Shown one piece after another: positions 12,080 to 24,247 of a DNA stretch of 64,000 nucleotides. A model generated the notes under the pieces. That model was not told the DNA's origin. It saw only the letters and a list, made by a program, of their open reading frames with translations, and did no database searches. Origin of the DNA: Mustelus asterias (lineage: Eukaryota); contig NW_027590498.1 in the NCBI RefSeq assembly GCF_964213995.1, positions 1-64,000 of the forward strand, written 5' to 3'. The stretch's first letter is position 1. Each line of letters starts with the position of its first letter. The position numbers and the translations under genes were made by a program.

Positions 12080-13222
12080 ACCAGATCCTTGCGGTACACC
12101 ACTAATAACTGAACTCCAGGATGAACATTTCCCATCAACCACCACCCTCTGTCTTCTTACAGCTAGCCAATTTCTGATCCAAACCGCTAAGTCACCCTCA
12201 ATCCCATGCGTCCGTATTTTCTGCAATAGCTTACCGTGGGGAACCTTATCAAACGCTTTACTGAAATCCATATACACCACATCAACTGCTTTACCCTCAT
12301 CCACCTCTTTGGTCACCTTCTCAAAGAACTCAGTAATGTTTGTGAGGCACGACCTACCCTTCACAAAACCGTGCTGACTATCCCTAATCAAATTATTAAT
12401 TTCCAGATGATTATTAATCCTATCTCTTCTAATCCTTTCCAAAACTTTGCCCACAACAGAAGTAAGGCTCACTGGTCTATAATTACCAGGTTTGTCTCTA
12501 CTCCCCTTCTTGAACAAGGGGACAACATTTGCTATCCTCCAGTCTTCTGGCACTATTCCTGTAGACAATGACGACATAAAGATCAAAGCCAAAGGCTCTG
12601 CAATCTCCTCCCTAGCCTCCCAGAGAATCCTAGGATAAATCCCATTCGGCCCAGGGGACTTATCTATTTTCACACTTTCCAGAATTGCTAACGCCTCCTC
12701 CTTATGAACCTCAACCCCGTCTAGTCCAATAGCCTAGATCTCAGTATTCTCCTCGACAACATTGTCTTTTTCCTGTGTGAATACTGACGGAAAATATTCA
12801 TTTAGCGCCCCTCCTATCTCTTCGGAATTCCCGCTGCTGTCCTTGACTGGCCCTAATCTTATCCTAGTCATTCTTTTATTCCTGATATACCCATAGAAAG
12901 CTTTAGGGTTTTCCTTGATCCTACCTGCCAAAGACTTCTCATGTCCCCTCCTGACTCTTCTTAGTTCTCTCTTTAGGTCCTTCCTGGCTAACTTGTAACT
13001 CTCAAGCGCCCTAACTGAGCCTTCACGTCTCATCTTTACATAAGTCTCCTTCTTCCTCTTCACAAGAGATTCAGCTTTTTTAGTAAACCACGGTTCCCTC
13101 GCTCGACCACTTCCTCCCTGCCTGACAGGTACATACTATCAAGGACACGCAGTAGCTGTTCCTTGAACATTTCAATTGTGCCCGTCCCCTGCAGTTTCCT
13201 TCCCCATCATATGGTCCAATCC
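12080..13222 (-). mobile_element. CR1 ORF2 internal fragment
   Basis: ORFs 12734-13063 and 12014-12673: [45 protein letters not shown]. Confidence 0.92.
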
Positions 13223-14349
13223 AGCTCCTGTTCCCTATTCTCTGTTGTTCTTCTGTCCAGTTCATTGTTCTGAGAAAAGAATCAACTGAATGAGGAATTC
13301 CAGAAGAAGAGATAAATATCTCATAATGAAACTAGTACATAATAAGGAATAGCGTGATTTCGGAGGGCTGCTTGTTCATCTGGAATACTAGACAGCAGCA
13401 TATCCACAATGCTATTGCTCCCGTAATCGTTGCAGCAAACATACAAACTTGGTGAGGCAGCTCCATCCGGTGGCAATCTGAGGTAAATGACCATTTCCTG
13501 GAAAGTCACAGAATTCATAAATTACTGAAGGCTGTTCGTTTAATATTATTATTATGTCACATTATTCCTGAAAGTATTTTTACTATTGCAATGCAGTGAA
13601 CATATCCACCAGAGCTAATTCTACCTTAATTTGAAATCCCGGTGAACAGTGATAGGGCAAGTAGCTGAGGGGAGGAATAGTCAGTCCCTCTTCGTATGAA
13701 AAAATATTTCGGTTACTATTGCTCACAAACTCAAAGTATCCAGAAAACAACAGGACCCGCAAATCTTGTCACTCCACTCTGACGGTCAAAGTGACAACTC
13801 TTTCTGGCAGAGACCCATAAGTCTTCTGTATAAATAATGTTTCTAACAACATAACAGCGGCAACACTGGAGATCAATTTCCATAGTGTGTAAAGTGCTTT
13901 CAAATGTCCAGGGTGCTGGACCAGTAGAAACTCTTCTTTCTCTTGTCGAGTAATAGTTCGTTCCAAGGGTTAAATTTATTGTCCGGCTGTTTCCACCGGG
14001 CCCAGTAATGTTTTTTTTTAATTTCCGTTTTTTTTAAATTTCGATCCAGCTTTTCCATGATTGGGTTGATGAGCAGTCACCACTTTCAGGGATTCCAAGT
14101 ATTAGGTATCCAGTCTGTTCCGAGATTCTTTCCTCTCCACAGGAGTGCTTCAGGAAAAACAACCTGAATAGATACTTGGGTGACGCTGATGGAAAGTGAC
14201 CGAAGCACTGAATGGCTGCTTGCTATCTATCTCTCAGTTCTGATCCTGGTCACCTCGATTAAAGGTTTACACTAATCTACCTTCATGTGTAAATATAAAC
14301 TAAATATTAATTGTCAAAGCGGTGCAATATCTAAAATTAGCAGTACAAG

Positions 14350-14902
14350 CGAGGCCGAATTTGGAGTATTGTGTACAGTTTTGGTCACCTAGTTACAGGA
14401 AGGATGTAAATAAGATTGAAAGAGTGCAGAGAAGGTTCACAAGGATGTTGCCGGGACTTGAGAAGCTGAGTTACAGAGAGATTGAACAGGTTGGGACTTT
14501 ATTCCCTGGAGCGTAGAAGATTGAGGGGAGATTTGATAGAGGTGTATAAGATTTTGATGGGTATAGATAGAGTGAATGCAAGCAGGCTTTTTCCGCTGAG
14601 GCTGGGGGAGAAAAAAACCAGAGGGCATGGGTTAAGGGTGAAAGGAGAAAAGTTTAAAGGGAATATTAGGGGGGGCTTCTTCACGCAGAGAGTGGTGGGA
14701 GTGTGGAATGAGCTGCCGGATAAAGTGGTAAATGCCACTTTATCCGGCAGAAAAACTTGGACGGGTTCATGGATGAGAGGGGTGTGGAGGGATATGGTCC
14801 AAGTGCAGGTCAGTGGGACTAGGCATAAAATGGTTCGGCAGAGACAAGAAGGGCCAAAAGGCCTGTTTCTGAGCTGTAATTTTCTATGGTTCTATGGTTC
14901 TA
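14350..14902 (+). mobile_element. CR1 LINE 3' fragment
   Basis: LEYCVQFWSP...RGDLIEVYK; TCTATGGT-repeat tail. Confidence 0.9.
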
Positions 14903-15384
14903 AGCGCTAATCTACAAACGCCGCTCCCCAGGTGAGGTTCAGTTGTTAACTCTATCGCCTCTGAAGCAGATGTTTTCAGAATTCCACTCTCTCTACAGAG
15001 ACTCTACTTACAGGACCCATTCAGATGCGGCAGTGCAGCCCTAGGGGAATGGTGAATTGTCCGGGGTGCCGAATGAGACGTTAAATGGAGGGCACCGACT
15101 CCCCTCTCAGAGGGAGGTGATAGTTCACAAGGACACGATTGTGAAGAAGAGCAGTTGAATTACTCTAGTCAATTACTACCCAAAATAAACGTTCTGAAAC
15201 AAGCGATCCATTAAAATGTTGCTGTTTGAAGGATCAACCGGGGATCAAATTGGCTGCCGTCTCTTCTCTACTCATTGTAACAGTGACGGTGAACACTCTG
15301 TGGTACATCAAGGAAGGCGCCATATAAATAGTTCATTCTTATTCACTCAACTACCCAAGTTTACATGCTGAGTGATATTCTAAG

Positions 15385-15423
15385 AGTTTTTAGACAGCTT
15401 CAGCGCAGCTCTGCGTCTATGTG
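15385..15423 (-). other. 23-RSS of V8 (non-consensus)
   Basis: cacatag, 23-bp spacer, ctaaaaact; the CAC is intact. Confidence 0.8.
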
Positions 15424-16185
15424 GGTCTCAGTGCACAGGAATACACCCTGGAGTCTGTCAGATCAGTTTTAGATATCTTCATTGTGCTCTTCACAAAATC
15501 AAACTCCGCAGAGAAACGGTCCCCTCGGAATCTCTCTGTGCTCCCGCTGTATGTATATCTCTGCAGCAGAAACTCCATCGACCCGCCGGGATGCTGACGG
15601 TACCACAATATGTTAGGATAGTCGCTGGCTGTAGCTGTAAAGTTACAGAACAACTGAACATCCTTCCCTGTACTCACTGTGACGGCAGCCGGTGTCTGTG
15701 TAACAGAGTCTCCTCGACAATGTCCTGCAAGTGTCCAGAGGGACATCAAATCCAACAATATCAATTAACTACGTTTATCAGGCAGTATTGGCTTTTTGAC
15801 CCGAATTAAAGCCCGGTAAATAAATAGATGCCGCTAAAGTGAAAAATATTTTCCACAGCTCAGGATCTGTCACTGGAAGGCGTTTGGATCGAATATGCAA
15901 ACTTTTCATGAACGCACATTTGGCGCCGTCTATCGAGATCAGTTTCCCAAACGCATTTCCTGCAATTTGAAGGGAAAACTGAAAACTGCCCCCAGTTTTA
16001 AATTGCAGTGTTTGTCACAGGCTGCGTGGAGACAATGTGGGTAGGATTAATTTACGGTTCTGTGATCAATCCATTGTTAGCTATGTATTAATGTTAAAGA
16101 TGTCAAACAGGTTTGTGCAACTTGGGAACTTACCGATTAACAGAGCTGTCGCTGTGAGGACTGAACACAAAGTGACAGGAGGCAT
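15424..16185 (-). CDS. TCR alpha/delta V segment 8, open frame (exons 16185-16134, 15724-15424)
   Basis: Leader MPPVTLCSVLTATALLI with donor gtaagt, in phase with GHCRGDSVTQ..VQLFCNF..LWYRQHPG..RFSAE..DSRVYSCALR; YSC replaces YYC. Confidence 0.88.
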
Positions 16186-16596
16186 TTTCCAGACACCTCC
16201 CGGCACAGTTAACAGCAATGAGCTGAAGCTGAAGTTGTTTCACTCAAGACTTTAGAGGGTGAGTAACACGCACGACATTGCTGATTGGTTCATTGCCGGC
16301 TGAGTCATCAGTTGACATTCAATCATCTTAAAGCGTCTTCTCTTCAATCAAATATATCAAATTCCTTGGATATTTAATTCCTACCATCGGAATGGGGCGA
16401 AAAGAACAAAGGGTTTCTGTTCAAATCTAAGCTGAGTATTTTCTGAGGAAATACTCCAAGATCGGTCCTTTCACAGGTTCAATCTGTCAGGGGGAGACAG
16501 AGAAAGAAAACAGTGAAGGTTGTTCTGGTCCAAAAGCCGGATTCCCCAATTGGAGGAGCTGCTCTCTGACTACATTACATTCCGCTTTCGGTTCCG

Positions 16597-16850
16597 GGCG
16601 GCACGGTAGCACAGTGATTAGCACCGCTGCTACACAGCAGCCGGGACCGAGATCGATTCTCAGCTGCGGTCACTGAGTGTGTGGAGTTTGCACATTCTCC
16701 ATGTGTCTGGGTGGATTTTCTCCAGTGCTCCCTTTTCCTCCCACATTCTGAAAGACGTGCTGTTAGCGGCATTGACCCGAACAGGCACCGGACTGCGGCG
16801 ATTAGGGTAATTTCGCAGTTACTTCATAAGCCTTACTTGTGACTTTTAAA
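16597..16850 (+). mobile_element. tRNA-derived SINE
   Basis: Same head and body as 9385-9720, different tail. Confidence 0.8.
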
Positions 16851-17723
16851 AAAACTTACAACAATGAATGGAATAGAAGCACCAAATGTTTTTAATGAAT
16901 TATATAGCGGGGGTTGTATGTGGAGGCGACTGTTTAATGGATTTGAGCTGAATGGGAGTGAGGATACACGCATTGACTCAGTGATCTTGGATTAGTTGAT
17001 CATCAGAAATATTCGCAACACACATACAATAAAAATAACGTTTTCCCTGTAATTTATTGCTTAACCGTCAGAAACACAGGCGTCCATCGTCACCGATTTC
17101 CGAATTTAATATCATTAAATAAACAGGTTGAACCTTTATTGACAGCACCTCCCAAACCCGCAATTACTTCCACCAGATGATGCATGGGAACATCAGCACC
17201 GATATGTTCCCCTTCAAGCAATGCGATATCCTAACATATTGTGTTCATTTCACTGAAGCTCAAAATCATGGAAACCCCTCCCTGACAGTACTGCGAGTGT
17301 CGCCACATTACGTGGAATGCGAAAGGCAGCTCACCAAGATCTTTCCATGGACAATTAGTGGTAGGTAATAAATACTGGTCTTGATAGCAACGTTCACTTT
17401 TATTAAATGTTTTAAAAACACTCAATCTGTAACCAATCCCGAGCATCAAACCAACAACTGAACAAATCTTCTCCTGCCGCCTGGTGGCGAATGCTTGTAA
17501 AGTTTCTGAAACTAATTCAGAAGAGGTGGATGACTCGGGCTAATTTTCACCAAGCAAAGACAAAGGAAGCTAAAATCGTGAACTAACACAAACAAATAAC
17601 AGATTGTACGAATCAATGTTATTCACAATTGATCTGTTCTACAACAGACGTCAGCTGCAAGAGTTTCTATTGCACAAAGAGGCGAGATTTTCTTTCCGAG
17701 ATTTAACTGTTTTTATCACTATA

Positions 17724-17995
17724 AGTCTCACGGAGCAGTAACAGCTCAGAGATTGTTCAAGTGAAATTTCTTGTCAAGATGTTGAGTTGTTCCAAAAATG
17801 GTCTTTGGCTTGAATGCTGAACCGCTCGGGTGTTTTATCAGAATAAACTCTGGCTGTATTTCAGAGTCTTGCCAATAGCAGTCTAATGCTTAACAGTCGC
17901 TCCATGTATTGTTAGAGATTCATTTTAAAGTAACCGCGTCTCCTTCCGTCTTAACTGCTGAGGGTAGCAGCTGGTGGCAACCTCCACGAATTAGA
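17724..17995 (-). pseudogene. Degenerate TCR V segment 9 relic
   Basis: AVKTEGDAVTLK*...QPEFIL...PERFSIQ...CYCSVR; RSS relic tatagtg(17717-17723)-23-agaaaatct(17685-17693). Confidence 0.7.
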
Positions 17996-18899
17996 TCTAA
18001 AGGACATGTCACCATGGTGAAAGATAAAACAAGCGGGAGTTTAAAACTCAGATTCAAAACACGTTGGAAATATTAGCCATGATGTGGAGTTGCCGGCGTT
18101 GTACTGGGATATATCTGGACTTTACCCTGATGTTGTGAGACTACGTACTGGAAATATTGGCAACATCTTTACCCCGCAAATACCGTCATTATTTCCATTT
18201 TACAAACAATAGTGTGCCGCTTAGTGCGACCAAGGGGGAGAATAGATTTTTAGCCGGGAGAAAGTACTCACTGAGATGTCATAGGAAAAGCAAGAGGTGG
18301 TCACAAATGTCTCCGGCCTTGTCTGTAACTGCAGACCATGAACTCCTCTGTCACAGCAAATACAGATCCCCACCCACAGCACTGCTGATCCAACCGTTGG
18401 CAATGATGGAAGAGGAACAACAAGGTCTCCACGAGCAGAGATCAGGGAAGGCGGGTCAAAGGGAAACTGTGTGAGACTCGATAACTAGCGCTCTTGTCCA
18501 ACGCAGTGTCAGTCTGCGATAAATTATTACACTTCTCTCACTTTCTAGCTCTGTGATCCCTTCATTCCTTCTGTGAAATAAATTCCCCAACAAGACAAAT
18601 TCCAGCCGCTGTGACCCGCTCCAGAAATTACACATTTCCTTCAATCAGAACCCGATCCAACTCACTGAATGGCGCCTACAACAATATCAGATGCTGCAGT
18701 CTTAAATCATATCCTGCAATTTTAATCCAAATTGAATTGTTGAGACTTACACCAAGAGATAGGTTTAAAGTATGAAAAATAATTATCGGATAATATCGAG
18801 ACATCCATCTTATATATCCTGGAAAGTGTGAAATGTGTGAAATAAGTTTCCAGTTGGAATGGAAGAGGAGTAGACATTGAGATAGTTTAAGGAGGTGTC

Positions 18900-19623
18900 T
18901 GGAGGAACGTTGGGAAAGGAAGTTACTACAGAGAGATCTTGGGGTCCATATCCACAGATCTCGAATGGTTGCCACTCAAGTGGATAGAGCTGTGAAGAAG
19001 GCCTATAGTGTGTTAGCTTTTATTAACAGGGGGTTGGAGTTTAAGAGCCGTGGGGTTATGCTGCAACTGTACAGGACCTTGGTGAGACCACATTTGGAAT
19101 ATTGTGTGCAGTTCTGGTCACCTCACTATAAGAAGGATGTGGAAGTGCTGGAAAGAGTGCAGAGGAGATTTACCAGGATGCTGCCTGGTTTGGAGGGTAG
19201 GTCTTATGAGGAAAGGTTGAGGGAGCTAGGGCTGTTCTCTCTGGAGCGGAGGAGGCTGAGGGGAGACTTAATAGAGGTTTATAAAATGATGAAGGGGATA
19301 GATAGAGTGAACGTTCAAAGACTATTTCCTCGGGTGGATGGAGCTATTACAAGGGGGCATAACTATAGGGTTCGTGGTGGGAGATATAGGAAGGATATCA
19401 GAGGTAGGTTCTTTACGCAGAGAGTGGTTGGGGTGTGGAATGGACTGCCTGCAGTGATAGTGGAGTCAGACACTTTAGGAACATTTAAGCGGTTATTGGA
19501 TAGGCACATGGAGCACACCAGGATGATAGGGAGTGGGATAGCTTGATCTTGGTTTCAGATAAAGATCGGCGCAACATCGTGAGCCGAAGGGCCTGTTCTG
19601 TGCTGTACTGTTCTATGTTCTAT
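18900..19623 (+). mobile_element. Young CR1 LINE 3' end
   Basis: ORF 18965-19546 is an uninterrupted CR1 ORF2 C-terminus, followed by the tail. Confidence 0.95.
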
Positions 19624-20959
19624 TTCCGGATTATTCATACATAATTTGTCACATGACCTCCCTCATTCCCAGTGGTCACATGAACCGGAATACAGCAGGA
19701 GAGGCTAAATAGTGTCTAAAACGTCAAAGCACAATTCTGGAATTGTTCAAATGGACTGGCTGCAGCTTTGAAGACAGAAATAGAGTGAACATTTTAAACG
19801 ATTATGCTTATCAGAACTGGGGAAAATGTTGTAGATGTAACAGGTTTTAAGCATTTGGAGTGACAGCTAAAGACGAGAGGGCAGAATGAAAAAGGGGCAG
19901 GTCAGTAATTCAGTGGAAGACAGGTAGCCCTAAATGATGAAGCCGATGATGGCCCAAGGGGAAGATGTGGTACTGGGACAGGTGGACAAACAATTAGTAA
20001 TTGTGGCAGCATTTTACTTATGAAAAACAGAAACATCACCCCAAGGTGCCGTCTAAAATACAAAGAGAAAACAATGTAAACTGTTGTATGGTGGAGAATC
20101 AGTAAGTGTTGAAAGCAATCTTGATTCCGGGAGGTGAACAAATCTGTTTGTTTTGTTAATGCTGCTGCCACCAGAGTAGTGAGAGGTTGCTTGGGTTTAA
20201 TGTTGGGACGAGTTTCAGACTCACAACAGTGTTCAGTTCTTTATTATATTAAAACAAATGAACCGAGCAGCTGTGGAAACTCACTATTATTAACAAAAAT
20301 AGGATGTTTATATTTAACGTAATGTATTCTTATGCGTGGTTAATGTTGCTATTGATGTTGGTAGGTTACAAATATTCAACATTATGGCTGCGATTCTCCC
20401 ATTGCGCCCCGCCACTTTTCTGGCGGGTCGGGCTGGGAGATGCGCGTGTCGGCCATTTCGTGGTTTCCCCGACAGTTTTTTTCGACCCGCTCGCATCACC
20501 AAGCCAGAGAAAAATGGCGCCGCCGGGAACCCGCTGAAAATCGGCGGGCCGTTGTTTAGCATGAGTTTAAATACTTCTGCATGCTATTATCGGAGTCCAC
20601 ACGGCAATCTCCGCACACGTCTGCGTCTCCCAATTCTTTGGCATGATGTAATTTTGGCACGAATCAGAATAGGTATTTGAAAGTTGCAACCTGGCATGGC
20701 AGCCTTGAACTGGCGTGAGGAGGTAAGTGCTGCTAACGGGGCACGAGGGGGGTTGCAGGCAGGCCCTGGAGATGTCTGGTGGCCTTCCTCCTGCTGCCTT
20801 TATGTTTTGGCCCATTGACGAGTGACATCTGTGGGAGGCGTGGGGGTGGGCGGGGGGGGGGGGGGGGGGGGGCTTCCATTTCCTCACAGATCGCTGGGTG
20901 ATGTTCCATCAGGGAGTCCCGCTCCCCACCGCCCCAATCTTCAAAGATATAAAATGAAA

Positions 20960-21300
20960 AAGTGTGGCTAAAGTAAACATTTGTCCTTTAGAGGACGAGA
21001 AGGGGGATGTAATAACTGGAAATGAGAAAATGTCTGAGGCATTGAACAGGTATTTTGTGTCAGTCTTCACAGTGGACGACGCAAATAACATGCCAAAAAT
21101 TGATGACAGGAAGGCTATGGAAGGTGAGAACCTAGAAACTATCATTATCACGAAAGAGGTAGTGGTGGGCAGTTTAATGGGGCTAAAGGTAGACAAGTCT
21201 CCTGGTCCTGGTGGAATGCATCCCAGGGTACTAAAAGAGCTGGTGGGAGAAATAGCAAATGCACTAGTGGTAATTAACCAACATTCGCTGGACTCTGGGG
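20960..21300 (+). mobile_element. CR1 ORF2 internal fragment
   Basis: LNRYFVSVFT...DKSPGPGGMHPRVLKEL. Confidence 0.85.
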
Positions 21301-21778
21301 TTCAGAGTTAAAGATTTCAGAGAAAAGGGAGTTGAAAGCAGGTCCCATGGACAAGATGAACAATCAGAGGCTTTGATGGGAAATAGGAGAGAGACTGGAG
21401 AAAGATGTGAGTTCAGAGCTTGGACACAGAGGAGCTTTACAGACAGTCTGGCCCAGTGGGTGAGTGGAAGAGAAGGAAGCAGCTGATCAGATTGTCTCAA
21501 TCTTAATGACAGAAACTCATCAGCTCCTCACACTTTGTTGTTGGAGGTGAGGATGGAGGAGACAAGAGAAAGAGAGAGTCCTTCAAAAGGAACTAACGTG
21601 TTAGAGATATTAGAAAGGCTCGACACAGCATGTTTAAATCAAAGACAACATATTTGATTTTTGTCCAGAATATTAGTCTCTATAACTGACCTGACGTTTA
21701 TTAACATCAGCAGAAACAGACCCCATTGGACATAGCTCAGTTCTCAATCTGATTGACAACACAATCCAATCTCTGGAG

Positions 21779-22816
21779 TTAACTGTGAATTTGCTGGTGT
21801 CTCAGCAGATTGGGTGACTGAGTAAATCCCATCGCACACTCAGAACACGTAAATGGTCTCTTTCCAGTGTGAACTCGCTGGTGTGTCAGCAGGTTGGATG
21901 ACTGAGTGAATCTCTTCCCACAATCATTGCAGATGAACAGCCTCTCCCCAGTGTGAACTCGCTGGTGTCTGAGCAGTGCTGATGATTGAGTGAATCTCTT
22001 CCCACACTGAGAGCAGGTGAATGGTCTATCTCCAGTGTGAACTCGCTGGTGTCTCAGCAGAGTGTATGACTGAGTGAATCCCTCCCCACACTCAGAGCAT
22101 GTGAATGGTCTATCTCCTGTGTGAGTGCGCTGGTGAACGGTGAGATGAGATGATCGCCTGAACCCAGTTCCGCAGTGAGAGCATCTGAACGGTCTCTCAT
22201 CAGTGTGAACTTGTTGATGGTACATCAGTTCCTGAGAGGTTTTATAACACTTCCCACAGTCCAGACATTTAAACGGTCTCTCGTCAGTGTGACTTCTTTG
22301 ATGTGTTGTCAGGTTGGATAAATTAATGAATCCTTTCCCACACACGGAGTAGGTGAATGGTCTCTGCCTAGTGTGAACTCGCTGGTGTGTCAGCAGGGTG
22401 GATTGGTGAGTGAATCCCTGCCCACAGTCAGAGCAGGTGAATGGTCTCTCCCCAGTGTGAATTTGCTGGTGTGTCAACAGCGTGGATGATTGAGTGAATC
22501 CCATCCCACACATAGAGCAGGTGAATGGCCTCTGCCCAGTGTGTGTGTGCTGGTGTGTCAGCAGGGTGGATGACTTAATGAATTCTTTCCCGCAGTCCGA
22601 GCAGGTGAACGGCCTCTCCCCGGTGTGACCACGCTGGTGAGTTTCCAGCTGGGATGTGTAATTGAATCCCTTCCCACAGTCCTCACATTTCCACAGCTTG
22701 TCCCCATCATAATTGCATTTATGTTTTGACAGGTCAGGTGATCGATTGAATCCTTGTCCACACACAGAACACGAATATGGTTTCTCTCCGCTGTGAACGG
22801 TGCTTTTTTCTTCCAT
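21779..22816 (-). CDS. Tandem C2H2 zinc-finger protein (12 fingers, 2 degenerate), no KRAB in this exon
   Basis: 345-aa ORF of CxxC-x12-HxxxH repeats with TGERP/TDERP linkers; splice acceptor (tttcacag) upstream near 22926. Confidence 0.9.
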   Translation of the reverse strand: MEEKSTVHSGEKPYSCSVCGQGFNRSPDLSKHKCNYDGDKLWKCEDCGKGFNYTSQLETHQRGHTGERPFTCSDCGKEFIKSSTLLTHQHTHTGQRPFTCSMCGMGFTQSSTLLTHQQIHTGERPFTCSDCGQGFTHQSTLLTHQRVHTRQRPFTYSVCGKGFINLSNLTTHQRSHTDERPFKCLDCGKCYKTSQELMYHQQVHTDERPFRCSHCGTGFRRSSHLTVHQRTHTGDRPFTCSECGEGFTQSYTLLRHQRVHTGDRPFTCSQCGKRFTQSSALLRHQRVHTGERLFICNDCGKRFTQSSNLLTHQRVHTGKRPFTCSECAMGFTQSPNLLRHQQIHS

Positions 22817-23574
22817 GTTTAAAATATGACAATATTCAGGTTACAATAAATTAGCCGACGGTATCAGTCCCTAATGTGATGTTTGGTTTCAGTTTCCCAA
22901 CTGCAAATCGTCCCCTTCTAAAACCCTGTGAAATTGATTTAAAACAGAAAAAAGGGAGTGAGAGAGAACCCACAAAAACACAAAGACAGGTTGTGAAATT
23001 GAGCTGAATGAATCTGGTCACTTGTGGGGCCGGCACTAGGAAAAAGTGACCATGAAAACTGCTGGATTCAATTGATTCACTCATGTCCTTCAGGGAAAAA
23101 CCTGCCAACTTGTCTGGACTCTGCACCCAGGTCCTATCCCCGTAGCCCCACATATCCTGTTACTTCCCCGAACCTACACATCTTGGGGCACTAAGGAGCA
23201 ATTACCATGGCCAATCCACCTAGCCTGCACGTCATTGGACTGTGAGAGGAAACAGGAGCACCCAGATGAAAACCCACGCAGACACGGGGAGACACAGTCA
23301 CCCGAGGCTGGAGTTGAACCTGGGTCACTGGAGCTGTGAGGCAGCAGTGCTAACCACTGTGCTGCCCGTTTTCAAAGAACTGTAACAATTTTGTGAAATG
23401 TCTGGGACTATTTTATTTTGTTAAAGACACAGTATGAATACAAATTATCTTCGCTGCCCTGATTTTGTTGTTCTGCTCATCAGTAAGAAATTGGAAGTGA
23501 AAGAGTGAAGCACTTTGATGGACAAGTTGTTCAAATTCTGTCACTGGGAAGAATTTCAAAACATTGCCCCTAAC

Positions 23575-23600
23575 AAACATGGCGGCTACGCATGCGCCCT
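23575..23600. promoter_or_regulatory. YY1 + NRF1-like promoter motifs
   Basis: aacatggcgg followed by cgcatgcg in a CpG-rich patch upstream of the ZNF gene. Confidence 0.5.
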
Positions 23601-24247
23601 GCTGTTCCATCCCTTTCTCCAATTCCTCTCCGATCTCCCATCCGCCAAGGAACAGCGGCCGGGCCGGAACGGGCAAGAGGTGACACCCAATGGGAGCAGC
23701 AGCCGAGAGGGCTACAGCGAACCCTGGTGGACTGGAGGGGAAACAGCAGCAGCACAGTATCTGCCCAAAGGCTTCCACTGTTCAGCTGCTCAAAGACTGA
23801 GAACCTCTTCAAATGTAAACTTCAGCTTCTCACATTCACCTATCCATCCCTTCCTCCATCCATCTCGCCCTCCCTCCCTCTCTCCATCCATCCTTCTCCC
23901 TCCATCCACCCCTCCTTCCATCCATCTCACCAACCCTCCCTCTCTCCATCCATCCTTCCCGACAACAAGAACCATTCACTCTGCACAGCAGTTTCACCCT
24001 CATTCCTCCAGTCTGTATTCCAGCCTTCATCACATCCACTCTGCTCCCAGATATTTTAGACCAATAGATATTACAATTCAAACTTCACAATCTCTACAAT
24101 TTAATATTTTTTCAGTAACCTTATAGACAGCAGAGAAATCATCAATTCCAAACCAACCCGAGCGAGAGGATATATTTATACATTTTCTCATTTCACAATA
24201 AAACCCACACACTGAGTTTCAAATTTGCTTCTGTCATTATTTTAGTG

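Noticed and set aside
18330-18680. Possible tenth V relic (LEFVLL; gacactg)
   Set aside because: No recognisable Cys/Trp framework or nonamer.
20385-20930. GC-rich patch as a promoter or gene
   Set aside because: Overlapping ORFs have no recognisable domains; probably a non-autonomous repeat, but its ends could not be defined by eye.
23515-24126. 203-aa Pro/Ser/His-rich ORF
   Set aside because: Driven by a low-complexity CCAT/CCCT tract; no domain recognised.
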